Positions 16,905-24,929 of a stretch of 32,000 bases of DNA are shown in pieces. This DNA is from Aquifex aeolicus VF5 (GTDB lineage Bacteria; Aquificota; Aquificia; Aquificales; Aquificaceae), in contig NC_000918.1 of NCBI RefSeq assembly GCF_000008625.1, positions 330,001-362,000 of the forward strand. The letters are read 5' to 3'. The notes beneath the pieces were generated by a model. The model did no database searches and was not told where the DNA came from. It worked only from the letters and a program-made list of their open reading frames with translations. Numbering within the stretch: the stretch's first letter is position 1; every line of letters starts with the position of its first letter. Made by a program: the position numbers and the translations under genes.

Positions 16905-17546
16905 GTGGAGGCATTTGCTGGAACTCCTTTAAAGGATTTAATAAGGTTTAGTGTAAAGGAAAATATAAGGAATTTCTACAAACTTCTCGGTTTTCCGGCA
17001 AGTGTCGGGGGAGCGGTCAGTATGAACGCGGGAGCTTTCGGAGTTGAGATATCGGATTTTTTAAAAGAAGTTTACTTCGTGGATTGGGAGGGGAAACTCC
17101 AAAAAGCAAAAAGGGATGAACTGAGTTTCTCTTACAGAAAGTCACCTTTTCCGGAACTTGGAATAGTTTACAAAGTGGTTTTTGAGCTTGGAAAAAGTGA
17201 AGAAAATATACTTCCCAAGTACGAAAAAATAAGAAGAATAAGGAAAGAAAAACAGCCTATAAACTTTCCAACCAGCGGTTCTACCTTCAAAAATCCTAAA
17301 GGTAATTTTGCTGGAAAACTTCTGGAAGAAGTAAGTTTAAAAGGTTTTAGACTTAAAAACGTGGGATTTTCCGAAAAACACGCTAACTTCCTTGTGAATT
17401 ACGGAGGGGGAACATTTTCGGAAGTGGTGGATTTGATAAACATTGCAAAAGAAAGGGTTTACGAAAACTTCGGTATAGTATTGGAGGAGGAGGTAAAACT
17501 GATTGAGAGTAGTGGTTCTGATGGGTGGAAGGTCCTCGGAGCGTGA
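16905..17546 (+). pseudogene. murB: murB fragment (lacks about 74 N-terminal codons)
   Basis: The 213-aa ORF is about 93% identical to residues about 85-297 of the intact MurB at 23194-24087. The FAD-binding N-terminus is absent. Confidence 0.8.
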
Positions 17547-17718
17547 AATTTCCCTGAAAACGGGAAAGGCGGTTGCCAACGCATTGAAAGAACTGGGGCA
17601 CGAAGTTTACGAGCTTGACCTTGACAAGGAACTTCCCTGTAAACTCCTCGAGATAAAGCCCGATAAAGTATTTATAGCCCTTCACGGAAGGTACGGGGAA
17701 GACGGAACCGTGCAGGGA
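17503..17718 (+). pseudogene. ddl: ddl fragment (first 72 codons), fused to antisense pgm sequence
   Basis: MRVVVLMGGRSSEREISLKTGKAVANALKELGH...HGRYGEDGTVQG matches Ddl at 24044 with 2 aa changes, then diverges abruptly at 17719. Confidence 0.85.
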
Positions 17719-18243
17719 ATCGTGAACTATAAGCGCCTCCCTTTCTTTGAATAAATCCATATCGAAGAATTCCCTTATTTTTTCTACGTACTTTTTTCTG
17801 ACCTCCTGGTATTCGGGTTCGAATTCTCTTACTTCTACGCTTTCTAAATCCTTAACCTTTTCTTCAACGCTCTTTACAAATTCCGGAGTTGCAGAACCCC
17901 CGAAGCTTTCTTTGATCTTGTACCCGTTGTAAGCCGGTGGATTGTGAGAAGCCGTAATCATAACCCCGTTTTCATATCCGAGATACTTTACAGCGAAAGA
18001 AACCATAGGCGTAGTACAGGCACTTCCAACTAGTTTCGCCTCAAGTCCCTCACTTCTAAATACGTCGTAAACAGCTTTAGCAAAATCTTCAGAACGAAAA
18101 CGCCAGTCGTACCCGACTATTACACGTTTTACCCCTTTTTCCTTTAAAACTTCCGCGTGCGCCTTTGCAACTCTCCTTACATTATCAAAGTTAAACTCTT
18201 CCGCTATCCTTGCCCTCCACCCATCCGTCCCGAACTTAATCAT
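17719..18243 (-). pseudogene. Phosphohexomutase fragment (first 175 codons only)
   Basis: MIKFGTDGWR...TASHNPPAYNGYK... is identical or near-identical to the 5' part of the gene at 8228-9604. The Mg and sugar loops are missing. The track ORF 17383-18366 is a read-through chimera. Confidence 0.85.
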
Positions 18244-18257
18244 AATGGAATATTGTA

Positions 18258-18719
18258 TTATTCTTTTTCTGCTGCATTCTGCTTTACATAGAAAGGTAAT
18301 TTTTCGTATATCTTTCTGTAAAGGTCGAAGGGTCTTCCTGCTAATTGTCCTATATCCCTGCTCCAAGGAGCTAAAGAAAAAGAAGCTATTTGTTTTACAT
18401 CTCTTAGATTAAATATTCTAAGTGGTATACGTACAAAAACCCCTTTGTCGTGGTAATTTTTATTAGGTCCCGTAAAGTCTGAAGTGTCTGAGTATGTATA
18501 CCAGAACCCAACTTCAAAACCTTTGACTATTCTTGATACTTCTATTCGTACACCTTTATCACCGACCAGAAATCTACCTGCTTTCACACTAAACAACAGT
18601 TGTGGTTTTTGAGTCATGTAATAAGCCGATACGTAAAAATCGTAAAAATCCCAGTCTTTTCTAACACCTAAAAACACGTCTGGCTTCCTTTTCCAGACGT
18701 AATCTCCCCCTATCCCCAA
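18258..18719 (-). CDS. Second copy of the YjbH/GfcD-like ORF
   Basis: 153 aa, with 3 conservative differences (I/V, R/Q, A/V) from the copy at 9619-10080. The frame is intact. Confidence 0.4.
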   Translation of the reverse strand: MGIGGDYVWKRKPDVFLGVRKDWDFYDFYVSAYYMTQKPQLLFSVKAGRFLVGDKGVRIEVSRIVKGFEVGFWYTYSDTSDFTGPNKNYHDKGVFVRIPLRIFNLRDVKQIASFSLAPWSRDIGQLAGRPFDLYRKIYEKLPFYVKQNAAEKE

Positions 18720-18802
18720 AGCAAACCTGCTGTCTCCGAAAAGGTGTAATACATCTCCCTACTTTAAATAATACACATGCATTAAAAATAGGAAAAAAGC
18801 AA

Positions 18803-18860
18803 CTACAACTTTGTTATAGTGTAAACAGTAAGTGCTGACTGGTATATTATCTGTATTACA
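18803..18860 (-). pseudogene. Tail (last 19 codons) of a second Wza-like gene copy
   Basis: rc translation VIQIIYQSALTVYTITKL* equals the end of the ORF at 10164-10583. Homology stops at 18860. Confidence 0.6.
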
Positions 18861-19375
18861 AACCAAAAACATATCAAAAACTTGCAAATACGCTCGGAAT
18901 ATCAAGAAACACATTCTATAAATGGCTAAAAAGATATGAAAAAGATGGACTTGCAGGTCTTTACGATAAACCTAAAGCTCCAGTAAACACAAGAAAACCA
19001 ACCATAAGAAACAAATGCAAAGAAAGGGTGGATAAAGCTTTATATAACCTTAGACCTTAAGAGGAGAAAGTAGTGGGGCTTGAGGTAACGGATGATAGAG
19101 TACATGAGGGACAGGTTGATAAGGCAGATAAGGAGGGGAAGAGGAAGTGGAAGGAGAAAGTGGTGTATGGCAACAGATGGCTTATTGAGAGCTTCTTTTC
19201 AACCTTCGAGCGATGGTTTGGAGAGTATGTAGTGAGCAAAAGGCTTGGTAACATAAGGAATGAGCATGTGTTTAAAGTTGGGATAATGATCATGATGATG
19301 AGGTCAGGTGGTATGAGAGATGGCTGTGGTGGAGTTGATGTGGACGAGAAAATAATCAGGTCAGGGAGATCATAA
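18860..19375 (+). mobile_element. Degraded IS transposase: HTH N-terminal fragment plus DDE C-terminal fragment (IS4/IS5-like Y-R-E-K region)
   Basis: 18860-19060 reads KPKTYQKLANTLGISRNTFYKWLKRYEKDGLAGLYDKPKAP...* with no start codon. 19073-19375 contains YGNRWLIESFFSTFERWFG (Y-x2-R-x3-E-x6-(K/R) block). Both pieces are in the same frame, and the total is far shorter than a full transposase. Confidence 0.6.
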
Positions 19376-19476
19376 CAGATTTATTGGACAGAGCATGGAA
19401 TTTATAACCCTCTGGGTGATTTTTAACTGAATACCTATAAATTCAAATGATTATAAATATTATGGAGCGATTGATT

Positions 19477-20571
19477 ATGAACAGTATCTACATTGACGGA
19501 CTATTTTATAAAGGCTCCGGGATAGGAAGATATTATGAGTTTTCGATTCAAGAATTAAGCCAATATGCAATCATTTATATATATGTTCCAATGAAATTTA
19601 AAAACGAATTTTATCAACAATTCGGCAATAATGATAAAATTGTTCCAATATCCACCAAATATGAAAAATTTTCCTTAAAGGGACTCCTTATCCAATCTAA
19701 AATTTTGAAAAGTCTTGAAAATAAAGTTTATTTGTTTTTCTTTCCTCACATAAATCTACCTCTTTATATATCACAAAATACTGTTGTAACCGTTCATGAT
19801 CTAAGACCTTTCACAGAGTATTGGGATAGAGGAGAATTCAAAAAACTTATTATTAAAAAGCTTTTTTTTGATAGAGCAATTAAGTATTCAAAGGCTATAA
19901 TATCTATATCAAAAACAACTAAAAACGACTTACTAAAATTTTATTCCGAAGTTCAAAATAAGATTGTGGTTATTTATGAAACATTTAGTATTAATAAAAA
20001 ATCAACAGAGACAAAACAAAATATTGTTGGGGATTATCTGCTCTATGTAGGGCAGTTTAAAAAACATAAAAATTTAGATAGATTGCTTAAAGCTTTTTCT
20101 ATGATCAAAAATAAAATTAAATGCAAGCTTGTAATAGCAGGAAAAAAAGATAATATAGATATCTATAATTCTATCAAAAGCCTCAATCTTGGTGATCGTG
20201 TTGTGGTTATAAAAAATCCTTCCGATGGCGAGTTGATAAATTTATATAAAAATGCTAAATTTTTCATTTCTCCTTCTTTATATGAAGGTTTTGGTTTACC
20301 ACCCCTTGAAAGTTTAAATTATGATGTCCCTGTAATATTGTCTGATATACCAGTATTTAGGGAAATATACGAAGATATAGCAATTTATTTTAATCCTTTT
20401 TCAGAAGAAAATATTGCTGAAAAGATAATTTTTGCACTTTCCAATTATAATAGCATAAAACAAAAAACTGTATCTGAAAAAGATAAAATTTTCAATAAAT
20501 TTGAAAAAAGAAAAATAGTAAAGCAGTATCTGGAGCTTTTTAACAAAATTATAAAAGGTGAATTAGCGTGA
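19477..20571 (+). CDS. GT4-family (group 1) glycosyltransferase
   Basis: MNSIYIDG...GIGRY start, then SPSLYEGFGLPPLESL (E-x7-E region). GGAG lies 9 nt upstream of the ATG at 19477; the track ORF starts at 19447. AT-rich. Confidence 0.8.
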   Translation: MNSIYIDGLFYKGSGIGRYYEFSIQELSQYAIIYIYVPMKFKNEFYQQFGNNDKIVPISTKYEKFSLKGLLIQSKILKSLENKVYLFFFPHINLPLYISQNTVVTVHDLRPFTEYWDRGEFKKLIIKKLFFDRAIKYSKAIISISKTTKNDLLKFYSEVQNKIVVIYETFSINKKSTETKQNIVGDYLLYVGQFKKHKNLDRLLKAFSMIKNKIKCKLVIAGKKDNIDIYNSIKSLNLGDRVVVIKNPSDGELINLYKNAKFFISPSLYEGFGLPPLESLNYDVPVILSDIPVFREIYEDIAIYFNPFSEENIAEKIIFALSNYNSIKQKTVSEKDKIFNKFEKRKIVKQYLELFNKIIKGELA

Positions 20572-21674
20572 AAGTCTTACATCTTGGGAAGCTATGTCCT
20601 CCGAATGAAGGAGGAATAGAAGTTTTTTCATACGACTTACTTGAATACTTAAACTCAAAAGGTATAAAAGCAGATTTACTATGTTTTGGAAATAGAACAT
20701 TTAATGACGCTTATAGAGGTTTTAACTTTTTTTCCTGCAAAATGAATGTCAAACTAAATTCGGCTCCACTTTCCTATGACTTTGTAAAAACTTTTAAGAA
20801 AATAGAAAAAAACTATGACATAATACACGTTCATTCTCCTAATCCATTGGCAGAAATTTTGTCTCTTTTTTCTCATAAAAAAGTGGTGGCTCACTGGCAC
20901 TCAGATATTGTCAGGCAAAAATTTACATACTTTTTTTATAAACCATTTCAACATATGTATTTGAAAAAAGCAATTAGAATAATCTGTACATCTCCACAAT
21001 ATTTACAAACTTCAAAGCAATTAGAAGGTTTTAGGAATAAAGCAGTAGTAATTCCCTTAGGCTTAAATCCCAAAAGATTGATGAGCGACTACGTAGATGA
21101 AAAATTTAAAGATTTTATTGAGTTGAAAAATAAAGGAAGAAAAATAGTTCTCTCAATAGGAAGACTGGTAGAGTATAAAGGGTATAAATACTTAATAGAA
21201 GCTGCAAAATATATAAATAACAACATCTCAATAGTTATCGCGGGTTCGGGACCTTTATTTCAATCATTAGAAGAAAAAATCGAAACATTGAATTTAAAGG
21301 AAAAGGTTTTTCTATTCGGAAGAATTAATAATGTGAGCCTTTACATGAAAAATTGTGATGTATTTTGTCTACCTTCTATCACCAGAAACGAAGCTTTTGG
21401 TCTGGTATTAGTAGAAGCATTATACTTTGGTAAACCTCTTATAACTACAGACGTTGAAGGCTCCGGTATAAGCTATGTTAATCAAAACGGTATAACAGGT
21501 TTAGTAGTAAAACCAAAAGACCCAAAAGCACTGGCAGAAGCCATTAATAAAATTTTAAAAAATGAAAATTTATATAAACAATTTAGTGAAAATGCTAAAA
21601 AACGTTTCAAAGAATTTGAGATATCAAATATAGGAGATAAAATATTAAATTTGTACGAGGAGGTTTTAAAATGA
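20568..21674 (+). CDS. GT4-family (group 1) glycosyltransferase
   Basis: MKVLHLGK...GGIE start, then PSITRNEAFGLVLVEALYFGKPLITTDV. GTGA overlap with the preceding GT gene. Confidence 0.8.
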   Translation: MKVLHLGKLCPPNEGGIEVFSYDLLEYLNSKGIKADLLCFGNRTFNDAYRGFNFFSCKMNVKLNSAPLSYDFVKTFKKIEKNYDIIHVHSPNPLAEILSLFSHKKVVAHWHSDIVRQKFTYFFYKPFQHMYLKKAIRIICTSPQYLQTSKQLEGFRNKAVVIPLGLNPKRLMSDYVDEKFKDFIELKNKGRKIVLSIGRLVEYKGYKYLIEAAKYINNNISIVIAGSGPLFQSLEEKIETLNLKEKVFLFGRINNVSLYMKNCDVFCLPSITRNEAFGLVLVEALYFGKPLITTDVEGSGISYVNQNGITGLVVKPKDPKALAEAINKILKNENLYKQFSENAKKRFKEFEISNIGDKILNLYEEVLK

Positions 21675-21737
21675 TTATCCGATATCATGCTCCTTTGGGA
21701 CTTGGACTTGCAGTGGTGTAACTGATCTAAGTCCATT

Positions 21738-22151
21738 ATGAATGGGAAGGCCGGTGCAAGCAGTAAAGGTGGAAATTTTGTGTATACAATAATTCGCAAA
21801 GCTAAGGCAGGAGAACCGCTAAGGGTGGTTGATGATATATACATGTCTCCTACCTATACCTTAGATGCTGCAAAAGAGATATGGAAAATTTTACTTGAAA
21901 ATAAACCTTACGGTATATACCACGTTACAAACTCAGGATACTGCTCATGGTATGAGTTTGCTGTCAAGATACTCGAATACTCTGGATTGAAAACGGATAT
22001 AAAACCTGTAAGACATACAGAATTTAAGACTAAAGCAAATAGACCACTGTGGAGCCCTTTAGCAAGTAAAAGGGGAATAAAACTGAGAAACTGGGAAGAA
22101 GCTTTAAAGGATTTTATAAATGCTATTTCCATTAATAACCTTTCTTATTAG
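21738..22151 (+). pseudogene. rmlD: dTDP-4-dehydrorhamnose reductase (RmlD) C-terminal remnant
   Basis: GGNFVYTIIRKAKAGEPLRVVDDIYMSPTYTLDAA, YHVTNSGYCSWYEFA and ANRPLWSPL match the distal half of RmlD. The Rossmann N-terminal half (about 150 aa) is absent and a stop lies 5 codons upstream of the ATG. Confidence 0.65.
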
Positions 22152-23193
22152 CTTCTTTCTCTGTTTTCTATTCATAAAGTACATTAACCTAAATCTCTTC
22201 CACGATACTCAAAAAGGTGTTCAGAAATTTCACCACAGGCCTACACCCAGAATAGGCGGCCTTGCTATTTATTTATCCGTTCTTTTAGTATCAGTAATCT
22301 TCATTCTTTTAAATAAGCCTTTTTCAAAAGAGTTTTTTCTTTTTATAATGTCTGCCTTCCCCGTTTTTTTCAGCGGACTTCTTGAGGATATAACAAAAAA
22401 AGTTTCCCCGAAATGGAGATTACTTATAGGATTTATTTCGGGAATACTTGCGTTTTATTTGATTTCCGCAAAAGTAACAAGAGTAGATATTCCTTTTGTA
22501 GATAGCCTCCTTTCCATACCTCTTATTTCTCTTTTATTTACTGCTTTTGCTCTGGCAGGTGTTTCCCATGCTTTTAACATAATTGACGGTTTTAACGGTC
22601 TTGCCTCGGGTGTTGCAATGCTCGTTTTTGGAGCTTACGCTTACGTGTCTTTTTTACATAATGATCTTTTCCTCGTTTACTTAAATCTTCTTCTTATCGC
22701 TGCTACCTTAGGATTCTTTCTGTGGAATTATCCCTTCGGGCTTATATTCCTCGGGGACGGAGGAGCTTACTTTTTAGGTTTCTGTGCGGGAGCCATAGGA
22801 GCTATTCTAGTAAATAAATATCCTGACATTTCTCCCTGGTTTCCCATGTTGCTTGTTATTTATCCTGTATGGGAGACTTTATTTTCCATATACAGAAGAA
22901 AATTTCTTAAAGATTATCCACCACATATGCCCGATGCACTTCATTTCCATCAATTGCTTTACAGGAGACTCCTTAAATTTACTCTAGGTTCAAACATAGA
23001 ACCTTTTAAAAGGAATTCATACACTTCACCCTTCCTGTGGGTTATGGAACTTATATGTTTAGTTCCAGCGGTTCTATTTTGGGATAATACTCCTATCTTG
23101 ATGCTTTTCACATTTGCTTTCATAGTTTTTTATACATGGCTTTACTTCAGAATAGTCAAGTTTAAAACTCCGAAAATCTTTAGAATTAAATAA
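22120..23193 (+). CDS. Polyprenyl-phosphate N-acetylhexosamine-1-phosphate transferase (WecA/MraY family, initiating transferase)
   Basis: 357 aa with about 10-11 TM segments, HRPTPRIGGLAIY and NIIDGFNGLASG motifs. The stop is immediately followed by the murB ATG. Confidence 0.8.
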   Translation: MLFPLITFLISFFLCFLFIKYINLNLFHDTQKGVQKFHHRPTPRIGGLAIYLSVLLVSVIFILLNKPFSKEFFLFIMSAFPVFFSGLLEDITKKVSPKWRLLIGFISGILAFYLISAKVTRVDIPFVDSLLSIPLISLLFTAFALAGVSHAFNIIDGFNGLASGVAMLVFGAYAYVSFLHNDLFLVYLNLLLIAATLGFFLWNYPFGLIFLGDGGAYFLGFCAGAIGAILVNKYPDISPWFPMLLVIYPVWETLFSIYRRKFLKDYPPHMPDALHFHQLLYRRLLKFTLGSNIEPFKRNSYTSPFLWVMELICLVPAVLFWDNTPILMLFTFAFIVFYTWLYFRIVKFKTPKIFRIK

Positions 23194-24087
23194 ATGCTCT
23201 TCCTAAAGAACGTTCCCCTTCAGAACCTTACGACTATAAAAATAGGGGGAAGGGTATCCTTTTACGCAGAGCCTTCCGATCTAAAGGAAATTTCCCTATG
23301 TATTGATTTTTCAAAATCCCGAGACATTCCTCTTTTTGTTTTGGGTAACGGTTCTAATACTATTTTCGGTGACGTAAGAGGGCTCGTTGTAAATTTAAAA
23401 AACTTAAAAGGTTTTAAAGTAAAAGAAATTAAAGGGAAATTTTTTGTAGAAGCTTTTTCCGGAACGCCTTTAAAGGATTTAATAAGGTTTAGTGTAAAGG
23501 AAAATGTAAAGAGTTTTTACAAACTTCTCGGTTTTCCGGCAAGTGTCGGGGGAGCGGTTAGTATGAACGCCGGGGCTTTTGGGGTTGAGATATCGGATTT
23601 TTTAAAGGAAGTTTACTTCGTAGATTGGGAGGGGAAACTCCAAAAAGCAAAAAGGGATGAACTGAATTTTTCTTACAGAAAATCGCCTTTTCCAAAACTT
23701 GGAATAGTTTTCAAAGTAGTTTTTGAGTTTGAAAGAAGTAAAGAAAATATACTTCCCAAGTACGAAAAAATAAGAAGAATAAGGAAAGAAAAGCAACCTA
23801 TAAACCTTCCAACCAGCGGTTCTACCTTCAAAAATCCGGAGGGTAATTTCGCGGGAAAGCTTCTGGAAAAAGCAGGTTTAAAAGGTTTTAGACTTAAAAA
23901 CGTAGGATTTTCCGAAAAACACGCTAACTTCCTTGTAAACTACGGAGGTGGAACTTTTTCGGAAGTGGTAGATTTAATAAATATTGCAAAGGAAAGGGTT
24001 TACGAAAACTTCGGTATAGTATTGGAGGAGGAGGTAAAGCTGATTGAGAGTAGTGGTTCTGATGGGTGGAAGGTCCTCGGAGCGTGA
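23194..24087 (+). CDS. murB: UDP-N-acetylenolpyruvoylglucosamine reductase
   Basis: LTTIKIGG, VLGNGSN, SGSTFKNP, HANFLVN motifs. 297 aa. Confidence 0.9.
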   Translation: MLFLKNVPLQNLTTIKIGGRVSFYAEPSDLKEISLCIDFSKSRDIPLFVLGNGSNTIFGDVRGLVVNLKNLKGFKVKEIKGKFFVEAFSGTPLKDLIRFSVKENVKSFYKLLGFPASVGGAVSMNAGAFGVEISDFLKEVYFVDWEGKLQKAKRDELNFSYRKSPFPKLGIVFKVVFEFERSKENILPKYEKIRRIRKEKQPINLPTSGSTFKNPEGNFAGKLLEKAGLKGFRLKNVGFSEKHANFLVNYGGGTFSEVVDLINIAKERVYENFGIVLEEEVKLIESSGSDGWKVLGA

Positions 24088-24259
24088 AATATCCTTGAAA
24101 ACGGGAAAGGCCGTTGCAAAGGCATTAAGAGAACTGGGGCACGAAGTTTACGAGCTTGACCTTGATAAGGAACTTCCCTGTAAACTCCTCGAAATAAAGC
24201 CCGATAAAGTATTTATAGCCCTTCACGGAAGGTACGGAGAGGACGGAACCGTGCAGGGA
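23414..24259. repeat. Repeat B : resident murB/ddl sequence matched by 16873-17718
   Basis: See repeat B'. Confidence 0.9.
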
Positions 24260-24919
24260 TTGCTGGAGATTTTAGACATACCTTACACGGGTTCGGATAC
24301 GATAGCTTCCGCTGTATCTATAGACAAGGACTTTACAAAGAGAATAGTAAAAAGCCTTGGTATAAACACACCTGACTGGGAAACGTTCATTTCGGAGGGA
24401 GATGTTCTAAATACAGAATGGAATAAATTTCCCGCGGTGGTAAAGCCGGTAAGAGAAGGATCAAGCGTTGGGCTGAAAATAGTGGAAAGTCTTGAAGAAT
24501 TAAAAGAGTACGCCTTAGACCTCCTTAAAAAAACCGAAAGGGTTATGGTTGAGGAATTCGTGGAAGGGAGGGACATGACTGTAGGGATACTGAAAGGGGA
24601 AGCCCTTCCCGTTGTGGAAATAATACCTAAAAAAGGAGTTTACGACTACGAGTGTAAGTACACAAAAGGTATGAGCGAGTACAGAATTTTAAAAGATGAA
24701 AAATTATCTAAAAAACTCCAGGAAATCTCCCTCAAAATTTCTAAATTTCTCTCTTTAAAGGACTTTGCAAGAATTGACTTCAGAGTGACAAAAGAAGGTA
24801 AAATATTTTTCTTAGAGGTAAATACCATACCAGGGATGACTGAACTCAGTCTCCTTCCTATGGCAGCGAAAGAAAAAGGTATGGACTTTAAAAAATTAAT
24901 ATCTATAATTATCACTTAA
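24044..24919 (+). CDS. ddl: D-alanine--D-alanine ligase
   Basis: TTG start 8 nt after GGAGGAGGAGG. Motifs GGRSSEREISL, HGRYGEDGTVQGLLE, ATP-grasp region, LEVNTIPGMT. Confidence 0.9.
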   Translation: MRVVVLMGGRSSEREISLKTGKAVAKALRELGHEVYELDLDKELPCKLLEIKPDKVFIALHGRYGEDGTVQGLLEILDIPYTGSDTIASAVSIDKDFTKRIVKSLGINTPDWETFISEGDVLNTEWNKFPAVVKPVREGSSVGLKIVESLEELKEYALDLLKKTERVMVEEFVEGRDMTVGILKGEALPVVEIIPKKGVYDYECKYTKGMSEYRILKDEKLSKKLQEISLKISKFLSLKDFARIDFRVTKEGKIFFLEVNTIPGMTELSLLPMAAKEKGMDFKKLISIIIT

Positions 24920-24929
24920 GGGGGGAATA

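Larger units (their letters stand above)
16873..17718. repeat. Repeat B' : diverged second copy of murB (3' two-thirds) plus ddl (first 72 codons)
   Basis: Hand alignment to 23414-24259 at constant offset 6541: no indels and about 66 mismatches (about 92% identity). Confidence 0.9.
17716..18860. repeat. Repeat A' : second copy of pgm 5' part plus YjbH-like ORF plus last 19 codons of the Wza-like gene
   Basis: Hand alignment to 9077-10221 at constant offset 8639. Identity is about 87% (first about 196 bp), 100% (650 bp) and about 94% (last about 296 bp). Confidence 0.9.

Noticed and set aside
17383-18366. 327-aa ORF spanning the scar
   Set aside because: Only 18243-17719 is pgm-derived coding sequence. 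The first 41 codons are the non-coding pgm upstream region, and the last about 110 codons are read-through on the antisense of ddl'/murB'. It is a chimera created by the junction, not a gene family member.
19057-19293. 78-aa minus-strand ORF inside the IS remnant
   Set aside because: It is antisense to the transposase C-terminal fragment, which carries a recognisable Y-R-E-(K/R) block. Its translation is low-complexity and Ser/Leu/Thr-rich.
19862-19869. T8/A8 homopolymers in the glycosyltransferase and methyltransferase genes (also about 16786-16793) as phase-variation switches
   Set aside because: Runs of this length are expected by chance in DNA this AT-rich. The reading frames are currently intact, and nothing in a single sequence shows length variation.
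21482-21844. 120-aa minus-strand ORF bridging the GT gene end and the rmlD remnant
   Set aside because: It overlaps the well-supported plus-strand glycosyltransferase 3' end and the RmlD-like frame, and it has no recognisable motifs.
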